Source of the DNA: an uncultured Acidobacteriota bacterium
Lineage (GTDB): Bacteria; Acidobacteriota; Vicinamibacteria; Vicinamibacterales; Fen-181
Reading direction: 5' to 3'
NCBI GenBank assembly: GCA_963717945.1
Contig: CAVQXT010000007.1
Coordinates: forward strand, 236,064 to 300,063
DNA length: 64,000 nt
Part shown: positions 28,022-36,557 of the stretch, one piece after another
Position numbering within the stretch: position 1 is the stretch's first letter
Layout of the letters: each line of letters opens with the position of its first letter
The notes under the pieces: generated by a model
The model's database searches: none
Told to the model about the DNA's origin: nothing
Seen by the model: only the letters and a program-made list of their open reading frames with translations
Made by a program: the position numbers and the translations under genes

Positions 28022-29179
28022 TTAGGTGACACGGCCGCCAAAGGATAGCCCCTGCAGAGGGGCCGCGTCGACTGCCTTCGAGAAGATCATGACCTTGAGC
28101 GTGCCGCCCATGCCACCGGGCAGCAGCAGCGTCTTGAGTGCCAGGCGTCGCCGGAGTTCGACGGCTGAGGCCGGCCCTTCGCGGAGGACCTGCCCGGCCA
28201 GGCCGAGCAGGAAGTAGGTCTGATCCACGACGCCCAGCAGCCTCAAGCCGGCGTCCTCGCCGGCCAGTTTCAGACCGGTCAAATCCACGTGCGACGTGAT
28301 GTCGCGTTCGCCCGGTTCCAGCAGCCAGCCGGGGCCGTCCTCGCGGCGCTCGGCCGCGTGGCGCCGATAGGTGGTCAGCGTGCCGGTCGCGTGCGACGCG
28401 GAGTAGAGCGTTGAGGCGTCGTGGCCGTAATCGATGACGACGAGGAACCCCCGGGCGAGACAGCCGCCGGCCTGCCTGACCCAGCCGGCCGCGGCCAGGT
28501 TCACTTCCGCGAACCAGCCGGGCCGCAGGCGCGCGCCGACGCGCTCGAGGTACTCCGGGATCCGCGGCGACGACACGTCACCCTCACGCGTGGCCAGCCG
28601 CTCGCCCTCGGCGTCGACATACACCTCGCGGAGGCCTTCGCCCCGCATGACGACCAGGTGCGGCGGCAGCGCGTCGAGCAGCTCGTTCGCGTAGATGACG
28701 CCGTGGACCTCGCCCGGCAGCTCTGACGACGACGCGGCGAGGCGCGCCAGGTGGGGGCCGAGGACGTCGGCCTGCGCGGCCCGCGCGCGAGAGCTGCGCT
28801 CGACCAGGTGCAGGCGCGTGGCGTCGTAGAACTCCGGGTGCTGCGCGGCCGCCGCGTCGAGGACGTCGCGGGCGAGCCTGCCGTTGCCGGCCGCGGCCTC
28901 GACCAGGTCGAAGCGGCCGGCGCGTCCTGCGCCAGAGGGCCCCCGCGCCGCCGACAGGATCGACCACATCTCGGCGAACTCGACCGACAGCAGCTCGCCG
29001 AAGACCGCGCCGACGTCCACGCTGGTGATGAAGTCGCCATCACGCCCGGAGCGCTGCGCGGCGCGCGCGTAGTAGCCCAGCGTCTCGTGATAGAGGGCCG
29101 TGTCGATGAACTCCGCCACGGTCAGGGGACCGGAGCGGCGGATCTGCTCGAGGATGAGGGAGGTCAGGGGGGAGGGCAT
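28022..29179 (-). CDS. MidA/NDUFAF7-family (DUF185) SAM-dependent methyltransferase
   Basis: Motifs are GPLTVAEFIDTALYHETLGYY, DFITSVDVGAVFGELL and LVEAAAGNGRLARDVL. The start at 29179 is chosen within ORF 28022..29281. Confidence 0.78.
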   Translation of the reverse strand: MPSPLTSLILEQIRRSGPLTVAEFIDTALYHETLGYYARAAQRSGRDGDFITSVDVGAVFGELLSVEFAEMWSILSAARGPSGAGRAGRFDLVEAAAGNGRLARDVLDAAAAQHPEFYDATRLHLVERSSRARAAQADVLGPHLARLAASSSELPGEVHGVIYANELLDALPPHLVVMRGEGLREVYVDAEGERLATREGDVSSPRIPEYLERVGARLRPGWFAEVNLAAAGWVRQAGGCLARGFLVVIDYGHDASTLYSASHATGTLTTYRRHAAERREDGPGWLLEPGERDITSHVDLTGLKLAGEDAGLRLLGVVDQTYFLLGLAGQVLREGPASAVELRRRLALKTLLLPGGMGGTLKVMIFSKAVDAAPLQGLSFGGRVT

Positions 29180-29211
29180 GCAACAGTGGACGAATCGCAA
29201 ACGATTCTCTG

Positions 29212-29290
29212 TAGTTGTCAGTTGCCAGTTGTCAGTTCCCAGTCTGTCGCGCGGGGCAGACTGACCACTGGCCACTGGCAACTGGCCACT
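29212..29290. repeat. Inverted pair of heptamer arrays (NCAGTTG x4, then a 10-bp centre, then NCCACTG/GCAACTG x4)
   Basis: TAGTTGTCAGTTGCCAGTTGTCAGTTCCCAGTCTG faces CAGACTGACCACTGGCCACTGGCAACTGGCCACT. Confidence 0.85.
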
Positions 29291-29303
29291 ACGCGGTCCT
29301 CCG

Positions 29304-30839
29304 CTATTCCTTCTTGATCGTCACGAACATCTCCTGGTTCTGCCGCGTCTTCCAGATCAGCAGCATCGCCCGGCCGCCCGACGGGACCTTTTGCAGGACC
29401 CGGCTGGCCTCGGCCGCGTTCGCGATGGCGGTGCCGTTCACCTTCAGGATGATGTCGTACTGCGCCAGGCCCGCGCCCTCGGCCGGGCTGCCGGGATCGA
29501 TGTCGGTGATGACGGCTCCCGTGGTGCCGGCCGGCAGCCGGAGCTGGCGCGCGATATTCGGCGTGAGGTTGCCGAGCGTCATGCCGAAGCCGACGCTCGT
29601 GTCCTCGCTCCCGCCCTCGGGCGGCGTGGCGGCGCCGGCCTCGGCCGCGAGGTCGAGTTCCTCGACGGCGACGCTGACGCTCCGCTCCTTCTTGTCGCGG
29701 AGGATCTTCACCGGTACCGTCGTGCCGGGCTTGGTGCCGGTCACCATCCGGATCAGATCGTCCATGCCCGTCACCGGCTTGCCGTTGAACTCGACGATGA
29801 CGTCACCGGGCTCGATGCCGGCCTTGGCGGCGGGCGAGTCCTTGGTCACCGTCCTCACCAGCGCACCCGATCGCTGCCTCAGGCCCAGGTCGGCCACCGA
29901 CTCCCTGGGCACCTCCTGCACGGTGACCCCGATCTTCCCCCGGATGACCTTCCCGGCGCGGAGTTGCGGCAGCAGCTCCCGGACGAGGTTGATCGGGATG
30001 GCGAAGCCGATGCCGATGTTCCCCTCGCTGGCGCTGTTGGACACGATGGCGGTGTTGATGCCGATGACCTCGCCCCGGATGTTGAGCAGCGGCCCGCCCG
30101 AGTTCCCCGGGTTGATGGCCGCGTCGGTCTGCAGCACGTCCTGGTTCCGCTGGTCGGCGACCGAGAACGGGCGCTTGGTGGCGCTGATGACGCCGACGGT
30201 CACGGTATGCCCGAGGCCGAAGGGGTTGCCGATGGCCATCACCCAGTCGCCCGGCTGCATCTGGTTCGAGTCGCCGAACTTCGCTTCCACCAGCGGCGTC
30301 GTGGGCTTCTCCTCGAGTTGGATGAGGGCGCTGTCGCTGAGCTGATCGCGCCCGACGAGCCTGGCTTTGAACTCCTCGACGTCGGCGTTGTTCTCGCCGA
30401 AGGCGACGAAGATGTCGGTCGCGCCCTCGACGACGTGGTTGTTGGTCAGGATGAGGCCGTCCCGGCTGATGACGAACCCGGTCCCCGCCACCTCGACAGC
30501 CTGCTCGCGCGGCTTGGGGCTGGGGTGCCCCTGGGGAGGATTGCCGAAGAACCGGCCCAGCATGTCGTCCCCGCCGAAGAAGTCCGACATGTCCTGCACC
30601 TTGCGCGTGGACCGGGTCCGGATGTTCACCACCGACGGCGAGGCGATCTTGGCGATGTTGCGGAACGTCGCCGCGTCGAGCGGGCCGGCGAGCGGCGCGC
30701 TGTTGGCCGCCGGCAGCGCCATCGTCTCCGCGGAGGACGGCGCGGCGAGGTCGAGGCGTGAAGCGAGGACCATGCCGACCGCGAGCGACGCGACCGCAAT
30801 CAGCCCCGCGTAGAACACCGTGATCTTTCGGCTGGACAT
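29304..30839 (-). CDS. htrA: DegP/HtrA (Do family) periplasmic serine endopeptidase with two PDZ domains
   Basis: It has an N-terminal anchor, the catalytic motifs TNNHV, D(S)ALI and GNSGGPL, and two PDZ segments. Confidence 0.93.
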   Translation of the reverse strand: MSSRKITVFYAGLIAVASLAVGMVLASRLDLAAPSSAETMALPAANSAPLAGPLDAATFRNIAKIASPSVVNIRTRSTRKVQDMSDFFGGDDMLGRFFGNPPQGHPSPKPREQAVEVAGTGFVISRDGLILTNNHVVEGATDIFVAFGENNADVEEFKARLVGRDQLSDSALIQLEEKPTTPLVEAKFGDSNQMQPGDWVMAIGNPFGLGHTVTVGVISATKRPFSVADQRNQDVLQTDAAINPGNSGGPLLNIRGEVIGINTAIVSNSASEGNIGIGFAIPINLVRELLPQLRAGKVIRGKIGVTVQEVPRESVADLGLRQRSGALVRTVTKDSPAAKAGIEPGDVIVEFNGKPVTGMDDLIRMVTGTKPGTTVPVKILRDKKERSVSVAVEELDLAAEAGAATPPEGGSEDTSVGFGMTLGNLTPNIARQLRLPAGTTGAVITDIDPGSPAEGAGLAQYDIILKVNGTAIANAAEASRVLQKVPSGGRAMLLIWKTRQNQEMFVTIKKE

Positions 30840-30951
30840 GCATCTCCTCCGACTGGGGATAGTCGCGATTATACCCTCCGAATTGCCAAGCCGGCCTTCT
30901 TCGTCGAGGGGGGGCCTGCGGGTGACCGGCTATCTGGTGAGCGCGAGCGTC

Positions 30952-30957
30952 TATAAT
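30952..30957 (+). promoter_or_regulatory. Perfect TATAAT -10 box upstream of the VWA gene
   Basis: The consensus hexamer sits 37 nt upstream of the ATG at 30994. No good -35 was seen. Confidence 0.3.
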
Positions 30958-30993
30958 CGGAGCAGCCTCTCCTGCCGTTCCCGCTGGTGATTC

Positions 30994-33123
30994 ATGATGC
31001 ACAGGCTCTCGATCGTCGGTCGCTGTCGGCTCACCCCGGTCGCGCTCGTCTTCGTCCCGGCGCTCGCCGCCGCGCTGCTGGCGTCCCAGGCCCCGTCGCC
31101 GGTCCAGCCCGACCGGCAGATGCCGCCGGTGACGTTCCGGGTCGAGGTCAACTACGTCGAAGTCGACGCGACCGTCGTCGACGCGCGGGGCGCGTTGGTG
31201 GACAACCTGAAGGCGTCCGACTTCCAGGTGTTCGAGGACGGCAAGCCGCAGGCGATTACGACGTTCGGCCTGGTCAGGATTCCGCTCGAGCGCGCCGAGA
31301 TGCCGCTGTTCGCCAGGCAGCCGATCGAGCCGGACGTGCAGAGCAACGACCGGGCGTTCGACGGGCGGGTCTACCTGATCGTGCTCGACGGGCTGCACAC
31401 CGCGCCGATGCGCACCCCGTGGGTGCGGAGGGCGGCCCGGCAATTCATCCAGAACTCGATTGGGGCCAACGACGTGGCGGCCGTGGTGAGCACGCAGGGC
31501 GCGGCGTCGCAGGACTTCACTGGCAACAAGCGCCTGCTGATCGAGGCGGTGGACCGGTTCACGGGGAACGCCCTGCAGTCGGCGACGCTCGACAAGATCG
31601 AGGACTACAACCGGAGGCAGGCCGCGTCGGCGATGGACTCCACGCCGAGGGACCTCGAGAACGTGCAGCGGTCCTTCAACGCGTCGGCGACGCTCCGGAC
31701 CATCCGCCAGCTCGCCGACTTCATGTCGGGCCTGCGAGGGCGCCGCAAGGCGCTCGTGCTGTTCAGCGAAGGGATCGACTACGACATCACCGACGTGATC
31801 GGCAACCCGGGGGCGTCATCCGTCATCGACGACTCGCGCGACGCCATTGGCGCCGCCACGCGATCGAACGTCAGCATCTACAGCATCGACCCGCGGGGCC
31901 TCTCGGCCGAGGCGGGGTTCGACGCCAGCACGCAGGGGCCGCCGGCGGGCGCCGACCCGAGCTTCGGCCTCGACTCGACGGGCCTGCAGAACGAGGCGCG
32001 CCTCCAGCAGGACAGTCTTCGCCTGCTCGCCGACGAGACCGGGGGCTTCGCGGCGGTCAACTCGAACGACTTCACGTCGGCGTTCGACCGGATCCAGCGC
32101 GACAACAGCAATTACTACGTGCTCGGGTACTACCCGACCAACGACCGGCGCGACGGCAAGTTCCGCAAGATCGAAGTGAAGGTGAATCGTGCCGGCCTCG
32201 ACGTCCGGTCCCGCAAGGGCTACATGGCGCCGCGCGGCAAGGTGGCGCCGGCCGCCGCGGTCGAGGCTTCCCAGGGGACGCCGCCGGTGCTGCGCGACCT
32301 CCTCGGCAGCCCATTGCCCATCCCCGGCGTTCGGCTGGCGGCGACGGCCGCGGCGTTCAAGGGGAAGGGGCGCGACGCGTCGGTCAACCTCGTGGTCCAG
32401 GCCGACGGCCGCGACCTGTCCTTCAAGGAGAAGGACGGCAAGTTCGACGGATCGCTCGACATGGCGGTGATTGCCATCGACGAGTCGGCCGGCAAGTCGA
32501 GAGGGGGCCTCAACCACGAGCTGAACATGCCCCTGCTGCCGGCGACCTACCAGCAGGTGGTCCGGACCGGCCTCCGGATTACGTCCCGGATGGACCTGCC
32601 GCCCGGACGCTACCAGCTGCGGATCGGCATGGTGGACACCAACAGCCATCGCACCGGCTCGGTGCACCTCGACCTCGAGGTCCCCGACTTCGCGTCGGAG
32701 CCGCTGATGATGAGCGGCCTGGTCCTGACCTCGGCGCTCGCCGCGCAGATGCGAACCGCCCAGGGCAATCCGATTGACGAACTGAGAAAGGCGCTGCCCG
32801 GCCCGCCGACCGCGTCGCGCACGTTCCGGTCCGGCGAGGAGTTGGCCCTGGTGGCGGAGGTCTACGACAACCAGGCGAAGACGCCGCACTCGGTGGACAT
32901 CACGACGTCGCTCCTGGCCGATGACGGGCGCGAAGTCTACAAGCACGAGGACCAGCGCTCGAGCGCCGAGCTGGGAGGGGCGAACGGCGGCTACGGGCAC
33001 ACGGCCGTCATCCCGCTGAAGGGCGTGGCGCCCGGCCTCTACATGCTGAAGGTGGAAGCCCGTTCCCGGCTGGGCAAGGGCCAGACGGTCAGCCGGGAGG
33101 TCCTCATCCGGGTCGGGCCGTGA
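30994..33123 (+). CDS. VWA domain-containing secreted protein with an Acidobacteria-type VWFA-related N-terminal domain
   Basis: It has a signal peptide. FRVEVNYVEVDATVVDARGALVDNLKASDFQVFEDGKPQ is typical of the acidobacterial VWFA-related domain. A VWA core follows (VLDGLHT...). Confidence 0.8.
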   Translation: MMHRLSIVGRCRLTPVALVFVPALAAALLASQAPSPVQPDRQMPPVTFRVEVNYVEVDATVVDARGALVDNLKASDFQVFEDGKPQAITTFGLVRIPLERAEMPLFARQPIEPDVQSNDRAFDGRVYLIVLDGLHTAPMRTPWVRRAARQFIQNSIGANDVAAVVSTQGAASQDFTGNKRLLIEAVDRFTGNALQSATLDKIEDYNRRQAASAMDSTPRDLENVQRSFNASATLRTIRQLADFMSGLRGRRKALVLFSEGIDYDITDVIGNPGASSVIDDSRDAIGAATRSNVSIYSIDPRGLSAEAGFDASTQGPPAGADPSFGLDSTGLQNEARLQQDSLRLLADETGGFAAVNSNDFTSAFDRIQRDNSNYYVLGYYPTNDRRDGKFRKIEVKVNRAGLDVRSRKGYMAPRGKVAPAAAVEASQGTPPVLRDLLGSPLPIPGVRLAATAAAFKGKGRDASVNLVVQADGRDLSFKEKDGKFDGSLDMAVIAIDESAGKSRGGLNHELNMPLLPATYQQVVRTGLRITSRMDLPPGRYQLRIGMVDTNSHRTGSVHLDLEVPDFASEPLMMSGLVLTSALAAQMRTAQGNPIDELRKALPGPPTASRTFRSGEELALVAEVYDNQAKTPHSVDITTSLLADDGREVYKHEDQRSSAELGGANGGYGHTAVIPLKGVAPGLYMLKVEARSRLGKGQTVSREVLIRVGP

Positions 33124-33132
33124 GCCTGTACA

Positions 33133-33185
33133 AGGAAACGGCCACCGATGGCGCCCGCTCCGGGCGCCGTCGGCGGCCGTTTCCT
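33133..33185. terminator. Bidirectional terminator-like hairpin between convergent genes
   Basis: A 25-bp stem (1 mismatch, 1 G-T) with a 3-nt loop, AAA/TTT at the stem base. Confidence 0.6.
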
Positions 33186-33214
33186 CTCGATCGTTCCCGC
33201 CCGTCCACCCGCCG

Positions 33215-33655
33215 CTATTCGAACTTCGCGACCCTCTTCACTTTCACGTCGCCATACTGATGCGAGAACTTATAGTTGTCGCGGAACATATTGGCGTTCT
33301 TCGGGGTCTTCAGGACGATGGTCCCGATCTCGCCGGGCATCAGCGGCTTCTTGAGGAACTGCGCATCGCCCGGGACCGGGTTGTTGTTCTTGTCCCACCA
33401 GAACTGCTCGATCTTCAGGCGGGCGATCGGGCCGGTCGACATGTTCTTGACCTGGAACGTCTTGACGACATACCCCTCTTTGTCCAGCTTGATGGGTGTG
33501 TCGATGTACTGGATCTCGACCGTGCCGCGGACAGGGTTGATCCAGACCGGCTTGGCCGGCTGGGAGTCCGGTGCCTGCGCGAAGGCGGCCGAAACACCGC
33601 CGACCAGAACCAGGGCGAGCGTGAGCGCCAGGAAAGCGCGATTAAGGCGGAACAT
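33215..33655 (-). CDS. Secreted hypothetical protein (146 aa, Lys/Asn-rich)
   Basis: The signal peptide is MFRLNRAFLALTLALVLVGGVSAAFA-QA. I recognise no family. The coding DNA is visibly less GC-rich than its neighbours. Confidence 0.6.
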   Translation of the reverse strand: MFRLNRAFLALTLALVLVGGVSAAFAQAPDSQPAKPVWINPVRGTVEIQYIDTPIKLDKEGYVVKTFQVKNMSTGPIARLKIEQFWWDKNNNPVPGDAQFLKKPLMPGEIGTIVLKTPKNANMFRDNYKFSHQYGDVKVKRVAKFE

Positions 33656-33725
33656 GAAATCCTCCCGGGGGCTTGTGGCTGGGCTCGGAGGCACATCGCC
33701 CCCGAGTCGGCATGATTATAGAGCG

Positions 33726-34184
33726 TTACATCTCCCCGTTCCAGTCCTCGGGTTCGGCGGCGGCGGCCCGGAAGATCTCGAGGTGCCACTTGCCGCCCCC
33801 CCAGGGTTCGATGACCTCGGTGGCGACCACGTCAACGAGGATCTCGGCGAACGTCCGGCCCTCCGGATCGCCGTCGAGGTGATAGGCCGGGTCGTCCCAC
33901 GCGAAGTTCGGGTAGAGCGTGATCGTCAGGAACAGGTCGTAGCCGTCGTCGATGACGATCAACTGCCCGCAGGGACGCTTGATGGTGGAGTGATAGACGA
34001 GGTACTTCTCGGCGCTGTGGGCGCGGATGTACCGCTTCAGCGCGAACTCGCGCGCGACGATCTCTTCGACGGCGATCTTCTTGTCCCAGCAGTCGCGGCA
34101 GTAGCGCTCCTCCCCGCGGGGCTCGGAGACGTCCTTGGCGCCGCACAGCGCGCACCGCGACTTGGCGACCGACTTTCGAGGCAT
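33726..34184 (-). CDS. Hypothetical protein with an N-terminal CxxC...CxxC zinc ribbon
   Basis: The ribbon is CALCG-x14-CRDC. The rest is unrecognised. It starts 14 nt after the glgP stop. Confidence 0.55.
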   Translation of the reverse strand: MPRKSVAKSRCALCGAKDVSEPRGEERYCRDCWDKKIAVEEIVAREFALKRYIRAHSAEKYLVYHSTIKRPCGQLIVIDDGYDLFLTITLYPNFAWDDPAYHLDGDPEGRTFAEILVDVVATEVIEPWGGGKWHLEIFRAAAAEPEDWNGEM

Positions 34185-34197
34185 CCCCGGAATTCTA

Positions 34198-36342
34198 TCA
34201 TTCCGTGTCGGACTTCAGCCCGTACATCGACTCGACGTACTGCTTCACCATGCGCCGCGAGCTGAAGTGAGGCATCACGGTGCGGATCGCCTCGCGCACG
34301 ATGTGCAGCCAGGCCCGCGGCACGCCGGCGGCGTCGCGGTCGTAGAAGGGCGGCACCACCTCCTGCTCGAGCAGCCGGTAGAGCGCGTCCGCGTCGGCCG
34401 CGTCCACCGCGGCCGGGTCGGCGCTGTCCGATTTCCCGTCGATCAGCCAGCCGTTGGTGCCCGTGTACCCCTCGGCCCACCAGCCGTCGCCGATGCTCAG
34501 GTTCGGCACGCCGTTCACGGCCGCCTTCATGCCGCTCGTGCCGCTCGCCTCGAGCGGCTTGCGCGGGGTGTTGAGCCAGATGTCGCACCCCTGGGTCATG
34601 AAATGGGCGACGTGCAGGTCGTAGTCGTCGATGAACGCGATCCGCCCGCCGAACCCCTGGTCCATGGCGCGCTTGTAGATGCGCTGGAGGTGGTGCTTGC
34701 CCGAGTCGTCGGCCGGGTGGGCCTTTCCGGCGTAGACGATCTGGACCGGCCGTCGGGCGGCCGAGAGGATGGCGGCGAGCCGGTCGGGGTTCGAGAACAG
34801 CAGTTCCGGCCGCTTGTAGGCCGTGAACCGCCGGGCGAACCCGATGGTGAGCGCGTTCGGGTCGAGCAGCGTCCCCGCCGCGACGATCTGACCGGGGCCG
34901 ACCCGCTCTTCGGTCCAGCGATACCTCGCGCGTTCGCGGATGAAGGCGAACAGGGCCGCCCGAAGCGCCTGCCGGACCGCCCACAGCTCGGCGTCCGGGA
35001 TGGCGTCGATCGCGTCCCACATCTGCTCGTCGTCGTGCCGCTGGCGCCAGTCCGGGGCGATGTGCGCCTCGAACAGCTTGGACAGCTCGGCGGCGATCCA
35101 GGTCGGCACGTGCACGCCGTTGGTGATGGCCTGGACGGGACTCCCGTCGGCCCCGGTGTCGGGCCAGATGGGCGCCCACATCCGGCGCGTCACGTCGCGG
35201 TGCAGCTGGCTCACGGCATTGACCGCGCCGGCCGACCGGATCGCGAGCGCCGTCATGTTGAACATCTGGCCGTTGCCGCTGCCGTTGTCGTAGGCGCCGA
35301 GCGCCAGGACGTGATCGCGCAGGCCGCCGAGACTGCCCCAGGCGCCGGACAGGTACTTCTCCACGAGCTGGAAGGGAAACGCGTCGTGACCGGCCGCCAC
35401 CGGCGTGTGCGTCGTGAACACCGTCGTGCGCCGCACGTCGGCGAGCGCCTGTTCGAACGGGGTTCCCTGCTCGACCGCCTCGCGCACGCGCTGGAGGACG
35501 ACAAACGACGCGTGCCCTTCGTTCAGGTGCCACACGTCCGGTTCGACGCCGACGGCGTGCAGCGCGCGCACGCCGCCGAGCCCGAGCACGATCTCCTGCT
35601 GGATCCGCGTCTCCTGGTTGCCGCCGTACAGGCGGGCCGACAGCTCGCGGTCCCACGGCGCGTTCTCGGGCAGATCGGTGTCGAGCAGGTAGAGCCGCAC
35701 GCGGCCCGCGCGCACTACCCAGACCGCGGCCAGGACCGTCCGGTCCCCGAGCGGCACCGCGACGACGCAGGGGGAGCCGTCGGGACGCGCGGCCGGCTCG
35801 ATCGGCGCGTCGAGCCAGTCCAGCCGCTCGTAGCTCTCCAGTTGCCAGCCGTCAGCCGAGATGTTCTGGTGGAAGTATCCCTGCGGGTACATGAACCCGA
35901 TCCCGACCAGCGGCACGCCCAGGTCGCTGGCTTCCTTGCACGTGTCGCCCGCCAGCACGCCGAGGCCGCCCGCGTAGAGCGGCACCGACTGGTGCAGGGC
36001 GAACTCGGCCGAGAAGTAGGCGATCTGCGTGCCCTTGGCCGTCGCCCCGTACCGCTGCGCCCACCAGGTGTCGCGCGCCGTCCGGGCCAGGTCGAGGTCG
36101 TGGACGACGCTGTCGTAGAGCGCGAGGAAGCTCCGATCCCCGGCCGCCCAGTCCAGCCGGTCCCGGTTGATCACGCGGAGCATCCGGACGGGGTTGTGCG
36201 CCGTGTCCCGCCAGAGCTGGTAGTCGAGGCGCTTGAACACGTCACGCGCCCGATAGTGCCAGCTCCACCAGAGGTCGCAGGCCAGTTCTTCGAGGCGCCT
36301 GATGCGATCGGGAAGAGGGGGAAGCTCCGGATAGCGATCCAT
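34198..36342 (-). CDS. glgP: Alpha-glucan phosphorylase (GT35, GlgP family)
   Basis: 714 aa. The N-terminus LACDLWWSWH is typical of the alpha-glucan phosphorylase subfamily. EASGTSGMKA is the PLP Lys region. Confidence 0.92.
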   Translation of the reverse strand: MDRYPELPPLPDRIRRLEELACDLWWSWHYRARDVFKRLDYQLWRDTAHNPVRMLRVINRDRLDWAAGDRSFLALYDSVVHDLDLARTARDTWWAQRYGATAKGTQIAYFSAEFALHQSVPLYAGGLGVLAGDTCKEASDLGVPLVGIGFMYPQGYFHQNISADGWQLESYERLDWLDAPIEPAARPDGSPCVVAVPLGDRTVLAAVWVVRAGRVRLYLLDTDLPENAPWDRELSARLYGGNQETRIQQEIVLGLGGVRALHAVGVEPDVWHLNEGHASFVVLQRVREAVEQGTPFEQALADVRRTTVFTTHTPVAAGHDAFPFQLVEKYLSGAWGSLGGLRDHVLALGAYDNGSGNGQMFNMTALAIRSAGAVNAVSQLHRDVTRRMWAPIWPDTGADGSPVQAITNGVHVPTWIAAELSKLFEAHIAPDWRQRHDDEQMWDAIDAIPDAELWAVRQALRAALFAFIRERARYRWTEERVGPGQIVAAGTLLDPNALTIGFARRFTAYKRPELLFSNPDRLAAILSAARRPVQIVYAGKAHPADDSGKHHLQRIYKRAMDQGFGGRIAFIDDYDLHVAHFMTQGCDIWLNTPRKPLEASGTSGMKAAVNGVPNLSIGDGWWAEGYTGTNGWLIDGKSDSADPAAVDAADADALYRLLEQEVVPPFYDRDAAGVPRAWLHIVREAIRTVMPHFSSRRMVKQYVESMYGLKSDTE

Positions 36343-36458
36343 GTCTCCGCTCTCACTCGGTTCTGAGGAATCAACTTCGAATGCTATCTGCCGGTCGGCG
36401 GCTGCGTCAATGGCTCGGTGGTGGCCCCGGCCGGATTATCGCGGCCCAATCACCCCGG

Positions 36459-36518
36459 CCGACTCACCAGCCGACTCACCAGCCGACTCACCAGCCGACT
36501 CACCAGCCGACTCACCAG
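36459..36518. repeat. Tandem repeat, 5 exact copies of the 12-mer CCGACTCACCAG
   Basis: Counted directly. It ends 40 nt upstream of the ATG at 36558. Confidence 0.95.
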
Positions 36519-36519
36519 A

Positions 36520-36545
36520 TAGCGCAGGGCTTCAGCCCTGCGCTA
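36520..36545. repeat. REP family 1a perfect 26-nt palindrome
   Basis: The sequence is TAGCGCAGGGCT TC AGCCCTGCGCTA. Confidence 0.9.
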
Positions 36546-36557
36546 CACTGTCCGGCC

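Noticed and set aside
36381-36557. An N-terminal extension of the asparaginase-family ORF encoding (PTHQ)5
   Set aside because: The extension is simply the translated 12-mer array plus the REP palindrome. A canonical Tat signal starts at the ATG at 36558.
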